DNA of 64,000 nucleotides from Heterodontus francisci (taxonomy: Eukaryota), in NCBI RefSeq assembly GCF_036365525.1, contig NW_027140807.1, positions 1,488,001 through 1,552,000 of the forward strand. The letters run 5' to 3'. This document shows positions 49,207-62,290 of the stretch, piece by piece. Below the pieces are notes generated by a model that saw only the letters and a program-made list of their open reading frames with translations, searched no databases and was not told the origin of the DNA. A program made the position numbers and the translations under genes. Every line of letters starts with the position of its first letter. The stretch's first letter is position 1.

Positions 49207-50011
49207 CTCCTTCAGTGGCGGCGCAGTAATACATCGCCCTATCTCCGGGGCCTGCAGTCTGAATTTTCAGAGTGCTCCTTTGAATGTCAGCTCTCACCAC
49301 CTCGAATCGCCTCTCGAACTCTTCCTGGAAAGTAGGCTTGCTCCCAGACACGTCCGTCACCAGAAGCTGGGGGCCTTGCCCGTGGTGCTGGCGGTACCAG
49401 AGCATGGTGATGTGCTCCGTGTCCTTCTGCTGACAGGTCAGTGTTGCGCTCTCCCCATGTCCCACAGTCAGTTCACTGGGTGTCTGGGACACTGAGGCAC
49501 ATCGACAACAATCTAGGGTAGTGGGAAGGGGGGAGAAAGGAAAGGGTCCAAGATTCAGTTAACGCAGCCACATCAGGAAAAGTCTGCAGTGCATCCCAGT
49601 GCATTTTCTGATCGAATATGAGCTCAGACAATCATCCAACATGTGAAGGAGGCCGTTCATCCCAGCAGGCCTGTGCTAGCTCTTTGAAAAAGCTATGCAA
49701 TGAGTTCATTCCCCAACTTTTCTCATCTCAATTTAGTTTTAAATGTAATTTATTCCAGTTTTCTAAGAATAAGAGTGAGGTCCTGTCTGGCAGATCATGC
49801 ACCGGTTATAGAAGCAAATATCAGTGCAAAATAACTCAATGTCTGTTTCTATATGAAGGGGAAAATGACAACATCAATGAACGATATTACATACGGATCA
49901 TTAAGTGTATTTCTTAAAGAAACTCAGGTTAAATGAAACAATAATAGCATTCTGAAGTTACTTACGCGGCATCAGCAATGAAAAGGCCCAGAGCAGGAGT
50001 TTGAATTCCAT
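49207..50011 (-). CDS. TRBV: TCR beta V segment V18 (family B, duplicate of V2)
   Basis: Leader 49966-50011; V exon 49207-49512 with the same V-domain translation as V2; RSS 49168-49206. Confidence 0.88.
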
Positions 50012-53000
50012 CTTGGTGAGGTAACCAAGATGTGGTCTGGCAGCAGGAGAGGTGGGAAGAATGTGGCGCCTCTTGTTGAAGACATGGGGGAAAAAGTGCA
50101 ACATAGACGACTGGAAATGGCATCACGGATATTGCAAGCCTGAAAGTAAGGGAGAGGAAGTGAGTTATCATGGCAGGGGATTGCTTCAACTGTTGAGCTT
50201 CCAGTCCACGGTCATCTGAGATTGAAGTGTTGTTAACTCGCTCAGATCCTCGTTCCACAAAACAATTGTGGGGCATGAGTGGAATTACTTCTATTTCATT
50301 CAATGGGTTGAGTAGGGTCCACGGTGTGATCAGGTATTAGTTGGTATAGGGGAGCCCAGAGCAGGAGTTGCTGAATAAAATAACGCCGACAAACGTGTGA
50401 TCAGAGCCATCGATTTAAAATAAACCACAGTTATTCTGGGAGTCGATTGCAGATCTGTTAGCGAATTCTAAAATATTCTATTAGCAACAGCATATGTGAA
50501 CAGAAATGCGAGTAGGGCAGAGTCAGAACAGCAGAGGAGGAGCACGTTCAGCCCTTCGAGTCCGTGTGAGCTCTCTGTACAGCAATCCAATCAGTCCCAT
50601 TCCCCAAGCAAGTTTATTTCTCTCCAAGTTCCCATCCAATTACATTTTGAAATCATTCATTCTCTCTGCTTCCAGCATCCAGGTAGGCAGTGAGTTCCAC
50701 ATCATTACACCGCGCTGTGTAAACAAAATATGCCTCACATCGGCCCTGTATCTCTTCCCCAAAACCTTACATCTGTGTCCCCTAGTCGTTGTATCCATCA
50801 GCTCATGGGAACAGATTTTCTTTGTCTATTTTCCGAAACCTCCCTTCATTTTGTACACTTCTGTCAAATCTCCCCTCAATTTCCTTTGCTCCAAGGAGAA
50901 CAACCCCAGCTTCACCAAACTAACCATGTAGCTAAAATCTCTCATGCCTGGAACCATCCCGGTAAATCTCCTCTACACCCTCTCAAGGAGCCTACATTCT
51001 TCCTAAAGTGTGGTGACCAGAACCGGGCTCAATACTCAAGTTGGGGCCTAACCAAAACCTCATATATGTTGAGCATAACTGCCCTGCTTTTGTACTTTAT
51101 ACCTCGATTCATGAATCCCAAGATCCCATAAGCTTCGTGAACCTCTCTCTCAATATGTCCTGCCACCTTCAAAGATCTATGCACATTAACCCCCAGGTCC
51201 CTTGTCCTTGAACACTCTTCAGGCCTGTGTCATTAAGTCTGTATTTCCTCTCTGTCTCCCTTCTGCCAAAATGCATCACCTGATAGCAATGTAGTTCACT
51301 GTTAACTGCCTCTGAAATGGGCTATCAAGTCATTCAGTTAAGGGCAATTCGGCAGAGGTAATGAATACTGACCTTGTCAGTGATGTGCACATCCCTGAAT
51401 GTGTTTTTATATAAAATGCCTCCTTCTCCATTTTCCTTTAACTGTTCTCTGACTTTGCTTCCCCTCTTTACTTCCTTCAGATCATCTGTTTTAGTATATC
51501 ACAAGTGTTGGTCAAACAGTCACTATGAACGAGCAGACTTGGGGAAATCCAAATGTCTATTTTGGTTGGAACGGTTATGATTTGAATCTGTTTCAGAGTT
51601 AGTGGAATTGACTATTTGGTAGATTGGTCAAGTCACTGTTGCATTGCTCGCTCAGTCTTTGCAGAAGCAAGTGGGACTCAGGCTGCGGTGGAGCTCCATC
51701 CCCACGTCGTGGCTGTAATGTGTAACTACAGGCACCTGAGATTTGCAAAGTGCAATTGATAAAATAGGCATTATGAAGACATGCTTTGAAATTGCTCCTT
51801 CTTCCCATTTTTTATCCATTGCTTCGGCTGGTGACATCGAATTAGATTTAATATGCAGCCCAGATTCAGGCTATTCGGCCCGATGGGACCATGTTCCAGA
51901 CTGCCTGGGGCAGATGGCGGTGTACTTGTCATGTCACTGAGCTGGTAATCCAGAGGATGGGGCGAACCTCCAGGGGACATGCGTTTGAATCTCACCAGGT
52001 CAGATGGTGGAATTTAAATTGAATTAATGAATAAATACAATTATTTCATCGCAAAATCTGCATTTGAAAGCTAGTCTCAGTTAAGGTGCCCTGACACCCA
52101 TCTGGCTCACTCATGTCTTTTCGGGAAGGAAATCCGCCATCCTTACCTGGTCTGGCCTACATGTGACTTGAGACCCACAGAACACGAGAAATAGGAGCAG
52201 GTGTAGACCATATATCCCATTGAGCCTGCTCCGTCATTCAATACAATCATGGCTGATCTTGGGTTTCAATTCCACTTTCCTGCCTACTCCCCATATCCCT
52301 TGATTTCCTGAGGGATCAAAACTCCCAGCCTTAAATTTATTCAATGAAGGAGCATCCACAACACTCTGGGATAGAGAATTCCAAAGATTCACAACCCTTT
52401 GAGTGAAGTCATTTCTCCTCATCTCAGTCTGGAATGATTGATCCCTTATCCTGAGATTTCTCGCTGCCTCTTTTCTTGAAAAGCCGTGTAACATTTGTCA
52501 GCTTTCATTCCGATGGGACCATTCCTGAATCTAAGGAATTCTGGAAAATCATAGCCAGCGCCTCCACTCACTCTGCAGCTGTCTCTTTTAGAACCCTGCG
52601 ATGTAATCCATCTGTTCCAGGGGACTTGTCAGATTTTAATCCCTCGAGTTTCTCCATGACTTTTTTCTCAATTGATATGAATATCCTTAATTTCCTCACT
52701 CTTTTTAGCCCCCAGATAACTGCCTATTTCTGGGATGGAACTTGTGTCTTCAACTGTGAAGACAGGCACAAAATAATAGTTCAATTCCCCTGCTATTTCC
52801 CCATTCCTCATGGTGATTTCTCCTGTCTTTACCTCTAAGGAAACAACGTCAGCTTCAGCTACTCTCTTGCTTTTTATGTAAAAGCTCCTACCATCTGTGT
52901 TTATATTGCTGGTTAGCTTATTCTCACATTTTATTCCCACATCCGATGAAAGAACATAAACAATGTCTTCATCCAGCCCTATCAGTATGACGTGCTATTT

Positions 53001-53808
53001 CCTGCTCCCTAATATTTTTATCCAGCATCCATTTACATATATCTGGTTATACACATCATTTATTTCTGTGTGCTAGTGAATTCCACATTCTCACCGCTCT
53101 GTATAAATTCATTTCTGGGAGTTATTAGTGAGTATGATGTATTCATGACCTTCCCTACAAGTGCAGACATCTTCTCACCTCTACCCTATCATATTCCTTC
53201 ATAATCTTGAGCACCTCTATCAGGTCACCCCTAAGCCTTCTCTTGACTGGGGAAAAGAATCCCAGACATTTCAATCTTTCCTGATAGTTATAACCTTTGT
53301 GCTCTGGTATCATTCTTGAAAATCGTTTTTGCACTTCTGCTCGTATCTCTCTGTGTAATATGGAGACCAGCACTCGACACAGCACTGCAGATTTGGTCCA
53401 ATCAAGGTCGATGGAAACCAGAACTGTACACAGGGCTCCAAATGTGCACTAGGTAAGGTAGTTGGATGTCAGAACTGTCCCCAGCACTTCAGATGTCGTC
53501 TACACAAGGCATATGGAGCTCAGAATTGTGCACAGTGCTCCAGGTGTGGTCTAACCGAGGTACGTGCTGAAGAGCCGTTCTATGAACCATTATTCAGGTG
53601 TGGGCACAGAGAGTGTGTGTTGCCTGTCTGGAGGTTGTGGGGAGTTAGAACATGGGCGTTCTGCCACTCGAACGGGCACTGAACAGATGCAGATCCGCAT
53701 CTGATCAGCCAGGGCTGCTCTTCACCGAATGCTGGGTTAAATGCACCCGTTTGAAGGGAGACGTGTGAGGGTTTTTGTCAAGGCGGCCAATGACTCTGAA
53801 CCGCTGTG

Positions 53809-54542
53809 TCCCATCACCAGCTGCACAAAAATACACCGCCTCGTCCGTGGCATTCACACTCTCGATCGTCAGAGTGGATTTCTTATTGTCCAGAGTCCTG
53901 GTAATAACAAACCCGCTCTTAAAACCATCTTCATACTGAGGTTCACTGCCTAGGTAAACAGAGCCCATTGAGAGGAATCCTCTGCTGGGGGACTGACGAT
54001 ACCAGTACATGTAGTTGCGAACTGTTCCTTTCTGCAGACAGTTAATTTCCACGGGTCCTGGTTGTTTAACAGCCAGTGACTGAGGCCATTGATGTATCAC
54101 ATCACCCCGGCAAACACCTAGAAAGAGAAAATAGAGGGAATGAACTAGTATCGATGGAGTTACAACTGAGACGATGGGCGTCGGTGTTGCACCGAATTAA
54201 CGACGGAAATTCGGTCTGTGTCCTAATTTCCTGCAAGAACCTGGATCTTTACAAATGTAAAATAGAATTGTGGAATCCACAAGTTTGCAAGTGGGTGCAA
54301 ACATTAAAGAGTTAACATCATATTAATAACACTTGTCTTCCCAAACTAGGGGACAGATTAATGAGTTCACTGTCTGATATGAAATAATCGATTACTGATT
54401 TCACAAGTCACCGCCGCTCAGTTTTATTGAGATCATTAATCATCCGTTTCAGTTGATCAAATGTAGAAGAGTGATTGGGACAGAATTTTAACCTACTCAG
54501 CGCCAGAAGGGAAATAGCAAAGACGATGAAACTGAAAGGCAT
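53809..54542 (-). CDS. TRBV: TCR beta V segment V19 (family A, positional partner of V3)
   Basis: Leader 54497-54542; V exon 53809-54117; RSS 53770-53808 CACAGCG-23-ACAAAAACC. Confidence 0.9.
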
Positions 54543-55299
54543 GTTTGCGGTGGATCTGAGAGACTTTCTGCTGGTTACTCTGGGTTTTAAGGGAGGGAGA
54601 GAGATGAGGTGTAGGCAGAGCGGATCGTCATCAGAGGAAGCTATCTCAAGGCAATGATCCCCGCCCCTACCTTTAAGTTGTCCCCCATTCTTTTGTTTGC
54701 TTCCTTCCGCCCCTTTCCACTTGTTTCTTCTCTCCATTTCCCTCCTTCCACCCCACTTTCTACTCTGCTGCCAATATCTTCACTCTCTTCCCTTTGTGAG
54801 CTTGCTTTCATGCTGAATCGAGGGAAATTTTGAAGGTAACGAGGTGTTGGAGAGGGTAGGTGAAAAAAACAAGGGGTGGTGCAACGATAGCTGCTTTGAG
54901 TGACTCCAGAGCTTATGGCGCACAACAGGGGATTATTAACATCCTTTTGCAAATTAAAATCAGTAGTGGAGGAAGAGAAGGTGGATAGTTCGATGGCAGC
55001 GGCGGCGGCTCATATAACATCACTGTAAAGTGGAAATCTAACTGCATTTAGCCTTTAAAGTGAAAAGATTGCGGAAGCAGAGGAATTGACTCATTGATCA
55101 GCGGCGCCAAAGCCTGTGGTGGCGCGAAATATAGTGGAGTCACTGCGCCGACCAGTGGCAGCATGGTGCAACTGCAACAAGCTGTGTTTGTTACTTTCCC
55201 AGTGAAATGCATGCTGTGGGCTTCTTCAAGTCAATTCCCGAAATTCATCCTCCTTCTCAGTGTTTCATCCTCTCCTGCAGAGGATTATTACCCGCAGAA

Positions 55300-55686
55300 T
55301 TAACGATACAAATGCAGTCTTTGTCCTAATTTCCTGCCAGTATCTGTACAGATGTAAAGCAGAAGAGTGAAATCTACATGAGCAAAAGTGGGTGTAGATG
55401 TTATATGGTTAACAGTATATTCTTCACACTTTTGTTGCCAAAAAAGGGGGAACAGATTAATGAGTTCACTGTCTTATATTCAATAATTGATTGCTGATTT
55501 CACAAGTCACCGCCGCACAGTCTTGTTGAGATCATTAATCAGTTGATCAAATGTAGAACAGTGATTGTGACAGAATTTAAACATACTCAGCGACAGAAGG
55601 AAAATAGCAAACGTCGATGAAATTGAATGGCATGTTTGCGGCGGATCTAAGACACTTTCTGCTGGTTGCTCTGGGTTTAAGGGAGC
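55300..55686 (-). pseudogene. Duplicate orphan family-A leader + intron relic
   Basis: Copy of 8311-8697; leader 55587-55633. Confidence 0.75.
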
Positions 55687-55688
55687 GA

Positions 55689-57300
55689 AGCTGAGGGAGG
55701 AAACATTAATGGGATTAGCATCCTTGAAAGTTGATAAATCACCAGGGCAGGATGAAATGAATCCTAGGCTGCAAATAGAAGCAAGAGAAGAAATAGCAGA
55801 GGGTCTGACCATCTTTTTGCAGTCCTCACAGGTGTGGCGCCGGAGGATTGGAGAATTGTTAACGTTGTGCCTCCGTTTAAAAAGGGAGGGAAGGATAGAC
55901 TGACTAATTACAGGCCAGTCAGTCTGACCTCCGTAATGAGCAAAGTATTGCAATCTATTCTGGGAGACAGGATAAACTGTCACTTAGAAAGGCATAGATT
56001 AATCCAGGATAGTCAGCATAGATTTGTTAAGGGACGTTCTTGTTTGATCAATTTGATCGAATTTTTTGAAGAAGTAACAAGGAAGATAGATGAGGGTAGT
56101 GCAGTTGACGTGGTCTACCTGGATTTTAGCAAGGCTTTTGAAAAGGCTGCACATGGCAGACTGGTTCAAAAAAAAACAAAATCCCATGGGATCCAGGGAA
56201 ATGCAGCAAGGTGGATACAAAATTGGCTCAGTGCCAGGAAACAAAGGGTAATTGTTGATGGGTGTTTTAGCGACTGGAGGGCTGTTTGCAGTGGCGTTGC
56301 ACAGGGCTCAGTACTGGGTTCCCTGCTTTTTGTGGTATTTATTAACGATTTGGATGTAAATGTAGGGGGGCATAATCCAAATGTATGTAGACAACACAAG
56401 GATTAGCCGTGTGGTAGATCGCGAGGTGGATAGCTGTCGGCTGCAGGAAGATATTGATGGTCTTGTCAGATGGGCAGAACAGTGGCAAAGGGAATCCAAC
56501 TTGGAGAGGTGTGAGGTGATGCATTTGGGGAGGTCAAACAAGGCAAAGGAATACACGATTAATGGGAAAATACTGAGAAGTGCAGAGGAAGTGAGGGACC
56601 TTGCAGTGAATGTCTACAGATCCCTGAAGGTAACAGGACAGGTCGATAAGGTGGTTAAGAAGGCATATGGAATCCTTTCCTTCATTAGCTGAGGTATAGA
56701 ATACAAGAGCGGGGAGGTTATGCTGGAACTGCATAACTCATTGGTTAGGCCACAACTTGAGTATGTGTGAAGTTCTGGTCACCTCATTACAGAAAGAATG
56801 TAATTGCACTAGAGAGGTTACAAAGGAGATTAACAAGCATGTTTCCCGAACTGAAAATGCAGCTATGAGGAAAGATTGGATAGGCCGAGGTTGTTCTCCT
56901 TGGAACAGAGAAAGCTGCGGGGAGATCTGATTGAAATGTACAAAATATTGAAGGGGCCTGGATAGAGTGCATGTGAAGGGTCTATTCACCTTGGCAGAGA
57001 GGTCAGTGATGAGGGACCATAGATTTAAAGTGATTGGTAGAAGAATTAGAGGGGAGATAAGGAAAATCATTTTTCACCCAGAGGGTGGTGATGGTCTGGA
57101 ACTCACTGCCTGAAAGGGTAGTTGAGGCAGAGACCCTCAACTCATTCAAAAGGAGTCTGGATTTGCACCTCAAGTGCTGTAATCTGCAGGGCTACGGACC
57201 AAATGCTGGAAGGTGTGATTAGAATAGGTGGATCGTTTTTCGGCCGGCACTGATGTGATGGGCCAAGTGGCCTCTTTCTGTGCCTTAAACTTTCTATGAG
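55689..57300 (+). mobile_element. CR1 LINE, duplicate of 8700-10310
   Basis: Same RT ORFs and frameshifts (55834-56406, 56381-56692). Confidence 0.92.
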
Positions 57301-57429
57301 ACTATTGGAGTGATAGAGTGTATGTGAAAGTGCCAAGGAATGAGAGAGAGACAGAGTCACAGAGGATGATATGGAGAAAAACAGTTAGAGAAAAAGAGAG
57401 GCAGTGATAGAGATAGATGGAGAGAGGGA

Positions 57430-58307
57430 GAAAAAGATATGCCTGTCTGTCTATCTATATAGCTATCTATCTATCTATCACTGTAGCTATCTGTCTAACT
57501 TTCTCTATATCTATCTATCTGCATGGCTGTGTGTCTGTCTCTCGATCTGTGTCAGTTTGTCTCTCTATCTGTATGAATCCGTCTGTCTGTCTACCTACCT
57601 ATCTTTTTGTCTGTCTGTCTTCATATTTACCTATTTGCATATCTGTCTGTCTATCTATCTATTTGACCATTTGCCTATCTATCTGTCTACCTATCTGTCT
57701 GTCTATCAATCAATCTGTCTGTCAATCGATCTATCTGTCTGCCTATCTGTCGACCCATCTGTCTTTCTATTTATCTGTCTGTATATCTATCTATCTAATG
57801 TCNNNNNNNNNNNNNNNNNNNNNNNNNNNNNNNNNNNNNNNNNNNNNNNNNNNNNNNNNNNNNNNNNNNNNNNNNNNNNNNNNNNNNNNNNNNNNNNNNN
57901 NNNNNNNNNNNNNNNNNNNNNNNNNNNNNNNNNNNNNNNNNNNNNNNNNNNNNNNNNNNNNNNNNNNNNNNNNNNNNNNNNNNNNNNNNNNNNNNNNNNN
58001 NNNNNNNNNNNNNNNNNNNNNNNNNNNNNNNNNNNNNNNNNNNNNNNNNNNNNNNNNNNNNNNNNNNNNNNNNNNNNNNNNNNNNNNNNNNNNNNNNNNN
58101 NNGTCGATCTATCTGCCTGTCTATCGATCAAATGTCTGTCTATCTATCTATCTGTCTATCGATCTATCTATCTAATGGCAGTCTCTCTGCCTTCCTCGCT
58201 ATATATCTGTCTGTCTAACTATCTATCTGTCTGTCTGTCTATCTAATGTCTGTCTGTCTGACTTCCTAGCTACCTATCTGTCTGTCTATCGATCTATCTG
58301 TCGGTCG

Positions 58308-58364
<57 letters not shown>

Positions 58365-58400
58365 ATGTCTGTCTGTCTGCCTTCCTAGCTATCTATCTGC
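57430..58400. repeat. (TCTA)n/(TCTG)n microsatellite with N run 57803-58102
   Basis: Duplicate of 10440-11450. Confidence 0.9.
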
Positions 58401-59635
58401 CTCTTTATGCTGCCTATTGCATGGTGCCGCACACCAATTGGCTTCCGTGTTTTAAGTACACTGCTCTCTGAAATGACCTAGCAAACTCTTCAGTTATCTA
58501 CAAGGCATCACGCACCTTCTCCAGGGCAATGAGTGATGATGAATAACTACTGACTTTCTCAGACCCAGGCACCCAGAATGAATAAAAATAAATTAAAGCA
58601 AGAGAAGAGATAGCAGAGGATCTGACCATCATTTTCCAGTTGTTAATTGGCTGATTTGGGGCATCTTGAAGTCGTGGAAGACCTTATATATATATATATC
58701 TTTTCTTATTCGTTCATGGGACGTGAATTTCTTTTGCAAGGCCAGCAATTATTTCACAATACTGATTGCCCTAGAGAAGGTGGTGGTGAGCTGCCTTCTT
58801 GAACCGCTGCAGTGCATGTCGGATAGGTACACCCACAGTGCTGTTAGGAAGGGAGTTCCAGGATTTTGACCCAGTGACAGTGAAGAAACGGCGATATAGT
58901 TCCAAGTCAGGATGGTGTAGGACTTGGAGGGGAACATGCAGGTGGTGGTGTTCCCATGAGTCTACTGCCCTTGCCCTTCCATGTGATGGAGTTGGTGGGT
59001 TTGGAAGGTGCTGTCTTAGGACACTCGATGCTTTGCTGCAGTGTATAATGTCGATGGTACACACTGCTTCCACTGTGGTGTAGGAAGTGAGTGTTGAAGG
59101 TGGTAGATGGGTTGCTGAACGACCGGGCTGCTATGTCCTGGATCGTGTTGAGCTTCCTGAGTGTTGTTGGAGCTGCACCCATCCAGGCAAGTGGAGAGTA
59201 TTCCATCACACTCCTGACTTGTACCTTGTAGATGATTGATACTCTATCCATCACTTCACAATGGTGATGTTAACTATCTGTCTTATTTACATCATTAATT
59301 AAACTTCAAATTAATCAAGTACAGGACAGAGACTGTGACTCAGTTTTAACATACTCAGTGCCAGAAATTAAACAGTGTAGACGAGGACTTTGAAATTTTG
59401 CAGAGGATCTGAGACACATCTCTCTCTTTCCTTCTCTCTCTTCCTCGTACCTTCTGCTATTCCCTGTCATTCAGCCCTTGATGAAGGTTCCGGAATCCGG
59501 GAATCACCAGCTTGGAAAACGGCCGGTGAGGCAGGGAGAGACATTAACCATTGTCACTGCTCCTGTATGTCAGTCAGTTGTGTTGTTCACCCTGTTGGTT
59601 TTTGTACTGGCATTAAGGCAGTCTGCAGCGCTGTG

Positions 59636-60451
59636 CTCACTGGCTGCACAGTAATACACCGCCGCATCCGCAGCCTTAACCTTGAGGACACTCAGGCTGC
59701 ATCGTCTCTCCTCGTGCCTCAAAATCTTCACCTCCTCCTCAAATCTTCCTTCGTAAATGGGTGAGCTTCCAGTGTAAGAATGACCCATTAGGGTGAGCCC
59801 CTGCCCGGCATACTGCCGATACCACAGCATAATGCTCTTTCTACTGTCATTCCGGGAACAGTTTAATTCTGCTGGTTCACTTCCATTCACCACCACCAGA
59901 GTTGGCCACTGGTGTATCACCTCTGCTAGAGTTTTGCCTTGAGAAATAAGGAGAATAGTTTAAAAAGTTTAGAACATATTGTGACATATGATAACCAACT
60001 ATAACTATCAAAATAGTTAAGTAGATAATACTAGATAACTATATAGGCAGACAATATATAGTTAAATGATATATTGGTAGATATATAGATAATAAACAGA
60101 TAGATATAGAGATTGAAAAATAATGTAGCAAGTGATATGAGAGAGACAAATTAACCCAGAATTAGGGCAAACTTATCGGTTAAAGATAGCTGTAGTAGCG
60201 TCACGAATATATAAGTAACTTTCATTCAGTCAAAAATTTCATTAAGCCAATATTATTTACAGTGAAATTACGTTATGTAGTTCAAGAAATGACAGAAAAT
60301 CGACTTCAATTATGTTTTATCAATCTAGTTTGATAGAAGTTAGTAGTGAATGAAAACACAGCAAGTATTTTAGCAGAGGTATCTTTATGAAGGATGAATC
60401 CCCACATGGAAGAAGAGAACAGACGATTAGGAAGAGTTTGACTAACTGCAT
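59636..60451 (-). CDS. TRBV: TCR beta V segment V20 (family C, duplicate of V4), weakened leader donor
   Basis: Leader 60406-60451 with donor GTGGGG; V exon 59636-59937; RSS 59597-59635 CACAGCG-23-ACAAAAACC. Confidence 0.85.
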
Positions 60452-61666
60452 CCTGCAGACTGGGGGCTGAATCTGTTCATGAACTAATATCAGGCGGCTG
60501 AAGATAAAGCAGAGAGTGGAAATGACAGCACTGGAAACAGGGTTTCCTTCTGACCCCTCACTTCTGGGTATGACAGAATAATAACACCCCATGGTCGGAA
60601 GGAGCTTGAATAAGGAACTGCTTCCCGTCTGTATCTGGCTCTCGTTGCTTGTGTCTGATTGGTGTTGTATTGGGTAGCTCTTTCGAAAAACCGGGCCAGG
60701 CTCAATGGGCTGAATGGCCTCGGCTCTGCTGTAGGATTCTATAAATATATAAGACACATCAAGTTGCTTGTTTGTATTAGGCAGATCAAAATTTATTTCC
60801 CCTGGGCTAAACGACAATTCAAGGGTTATGTTTTACATTGGGGTGAAATCTTAGATACTTTGAAAAGCGACAGTGTCATGAAGAAGTGGGTTAACTGTTT
60901 TAAACAGATGCTCAAACGCCGTCAGGAGACAGGTGTTCCAGTGAGAGACCTATCTGGGGAGGTGTCTCACTTTTGCATTGTATGAATCATTGGGGACATG
61001 TACAACAGGGAGCTATGTGTAACTCTTGTCAAATACCACCGACAGCTCATTCAACAGGACCATGAGCCCATTTACCCCACCTCGGAATCTGTTCTTTACA
61101 GGTAGAGGCTGCCTTAACGAGAAGGACCTGAGCACATTGCTGCAGCATTTTTAATAATTCATAATGTATTGATGTACTCTGAGTCGAAGGAGAGCAAGAA
61201 GATGAAACTATCAGTAAAATACAAATCATGATATATCAATAATTAAACTGGTATGGTGTAAATAATGGTCTTAGATTGATGATAAACGTCAGATATATGG
61301 TGGATGCATATTTAGAGAGGTGAGAGACAGAGAGATAAATCGATGGCAAATATATATATATGATCAAGATAAATAGATAGATAAATGGTGCAATATNNNN
61401 NNNNNNNNNNNNNNNNNNNNNNNNNNNNNNNNNNNNNNNNNNNNNNNNNNNNNNNNNNNNNNNNNNNNNNNNNNNNNNNNNNNNNNNNNNNNNNNNNNNN
61501 NNNNNNNNNNNNNNNNNNNNNNNNNNNNNNNNNGAGACACAGAAACTCGCAGATAGTCAGAGAGACAGAAAGACACTGAGATAGACAGACAGGTTTATCT
61601 CCCACAAGTGCTTTCCTACCCCTTTAGAGTTTTTGCTGAACTCCGGCGCCTTTCTGAGTCACTGTG

Positions 61667-62290
61667 CAGTCTCCAGGCACAGTAATACACGGCTGATTGA
61701 TTCGCCCACAGGCTGGAGGACTCCAGGTAAAAATGGGTGTTGTCGGGTCTCCTGGCGGTGAAACCGTCCACCTCACCAGAGGGAATGACCGTTCCAGCGA
61801 GGTTGGAATAGAAAAGGTTCTCGGGATCACGGTCCGGATGCCACCGGTACCAGTAGAAATAGGAGCCAACATCTGCCTTTGTGTAAACGCACTGGATACT
61901 GACTGGAGAGCCTGGGGAATGGGATATGGAAGCGGGAGTCTGTTGGATCAACACGGCCCCCACATCTGTAAAACAGAGAGAGAGAGAAAGAGATTTACCC
62001 AGGGACATTGTCTCTATCGTTACAAACAAGAAGAGGTAGAAGTGGGCAGAGAGAGAGAGAGAGAGAGAGCGCTGGGGACCAGTTAGAGGCAGAGAGGCAG
62101 AGATAAAGGCAAAGAGAGAGAGAGAGAGAGAATGAGAGACAGAGAAAGAAATATAGAGGGAGAAGGAGAGAGACAAAGACAGACAGAGACTGAGAAGCAG
62201 AGACACATGTACATCATTGTAACCTCACAGTTCAGACACCTCCTTACCCGTTAACACCAACAACACAACCCAGAGCTGAGAGACAGCCAT
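61667..62290 (-). CDS. TRBV: TCR beta V segment V21 (family D, duplicate of V5)
   Basis: Leader 62248-62290; V exon 61667-61965; RSS 61628-61666 CACAGTG-23-GCAAAAACT. Confidence 0.9.
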
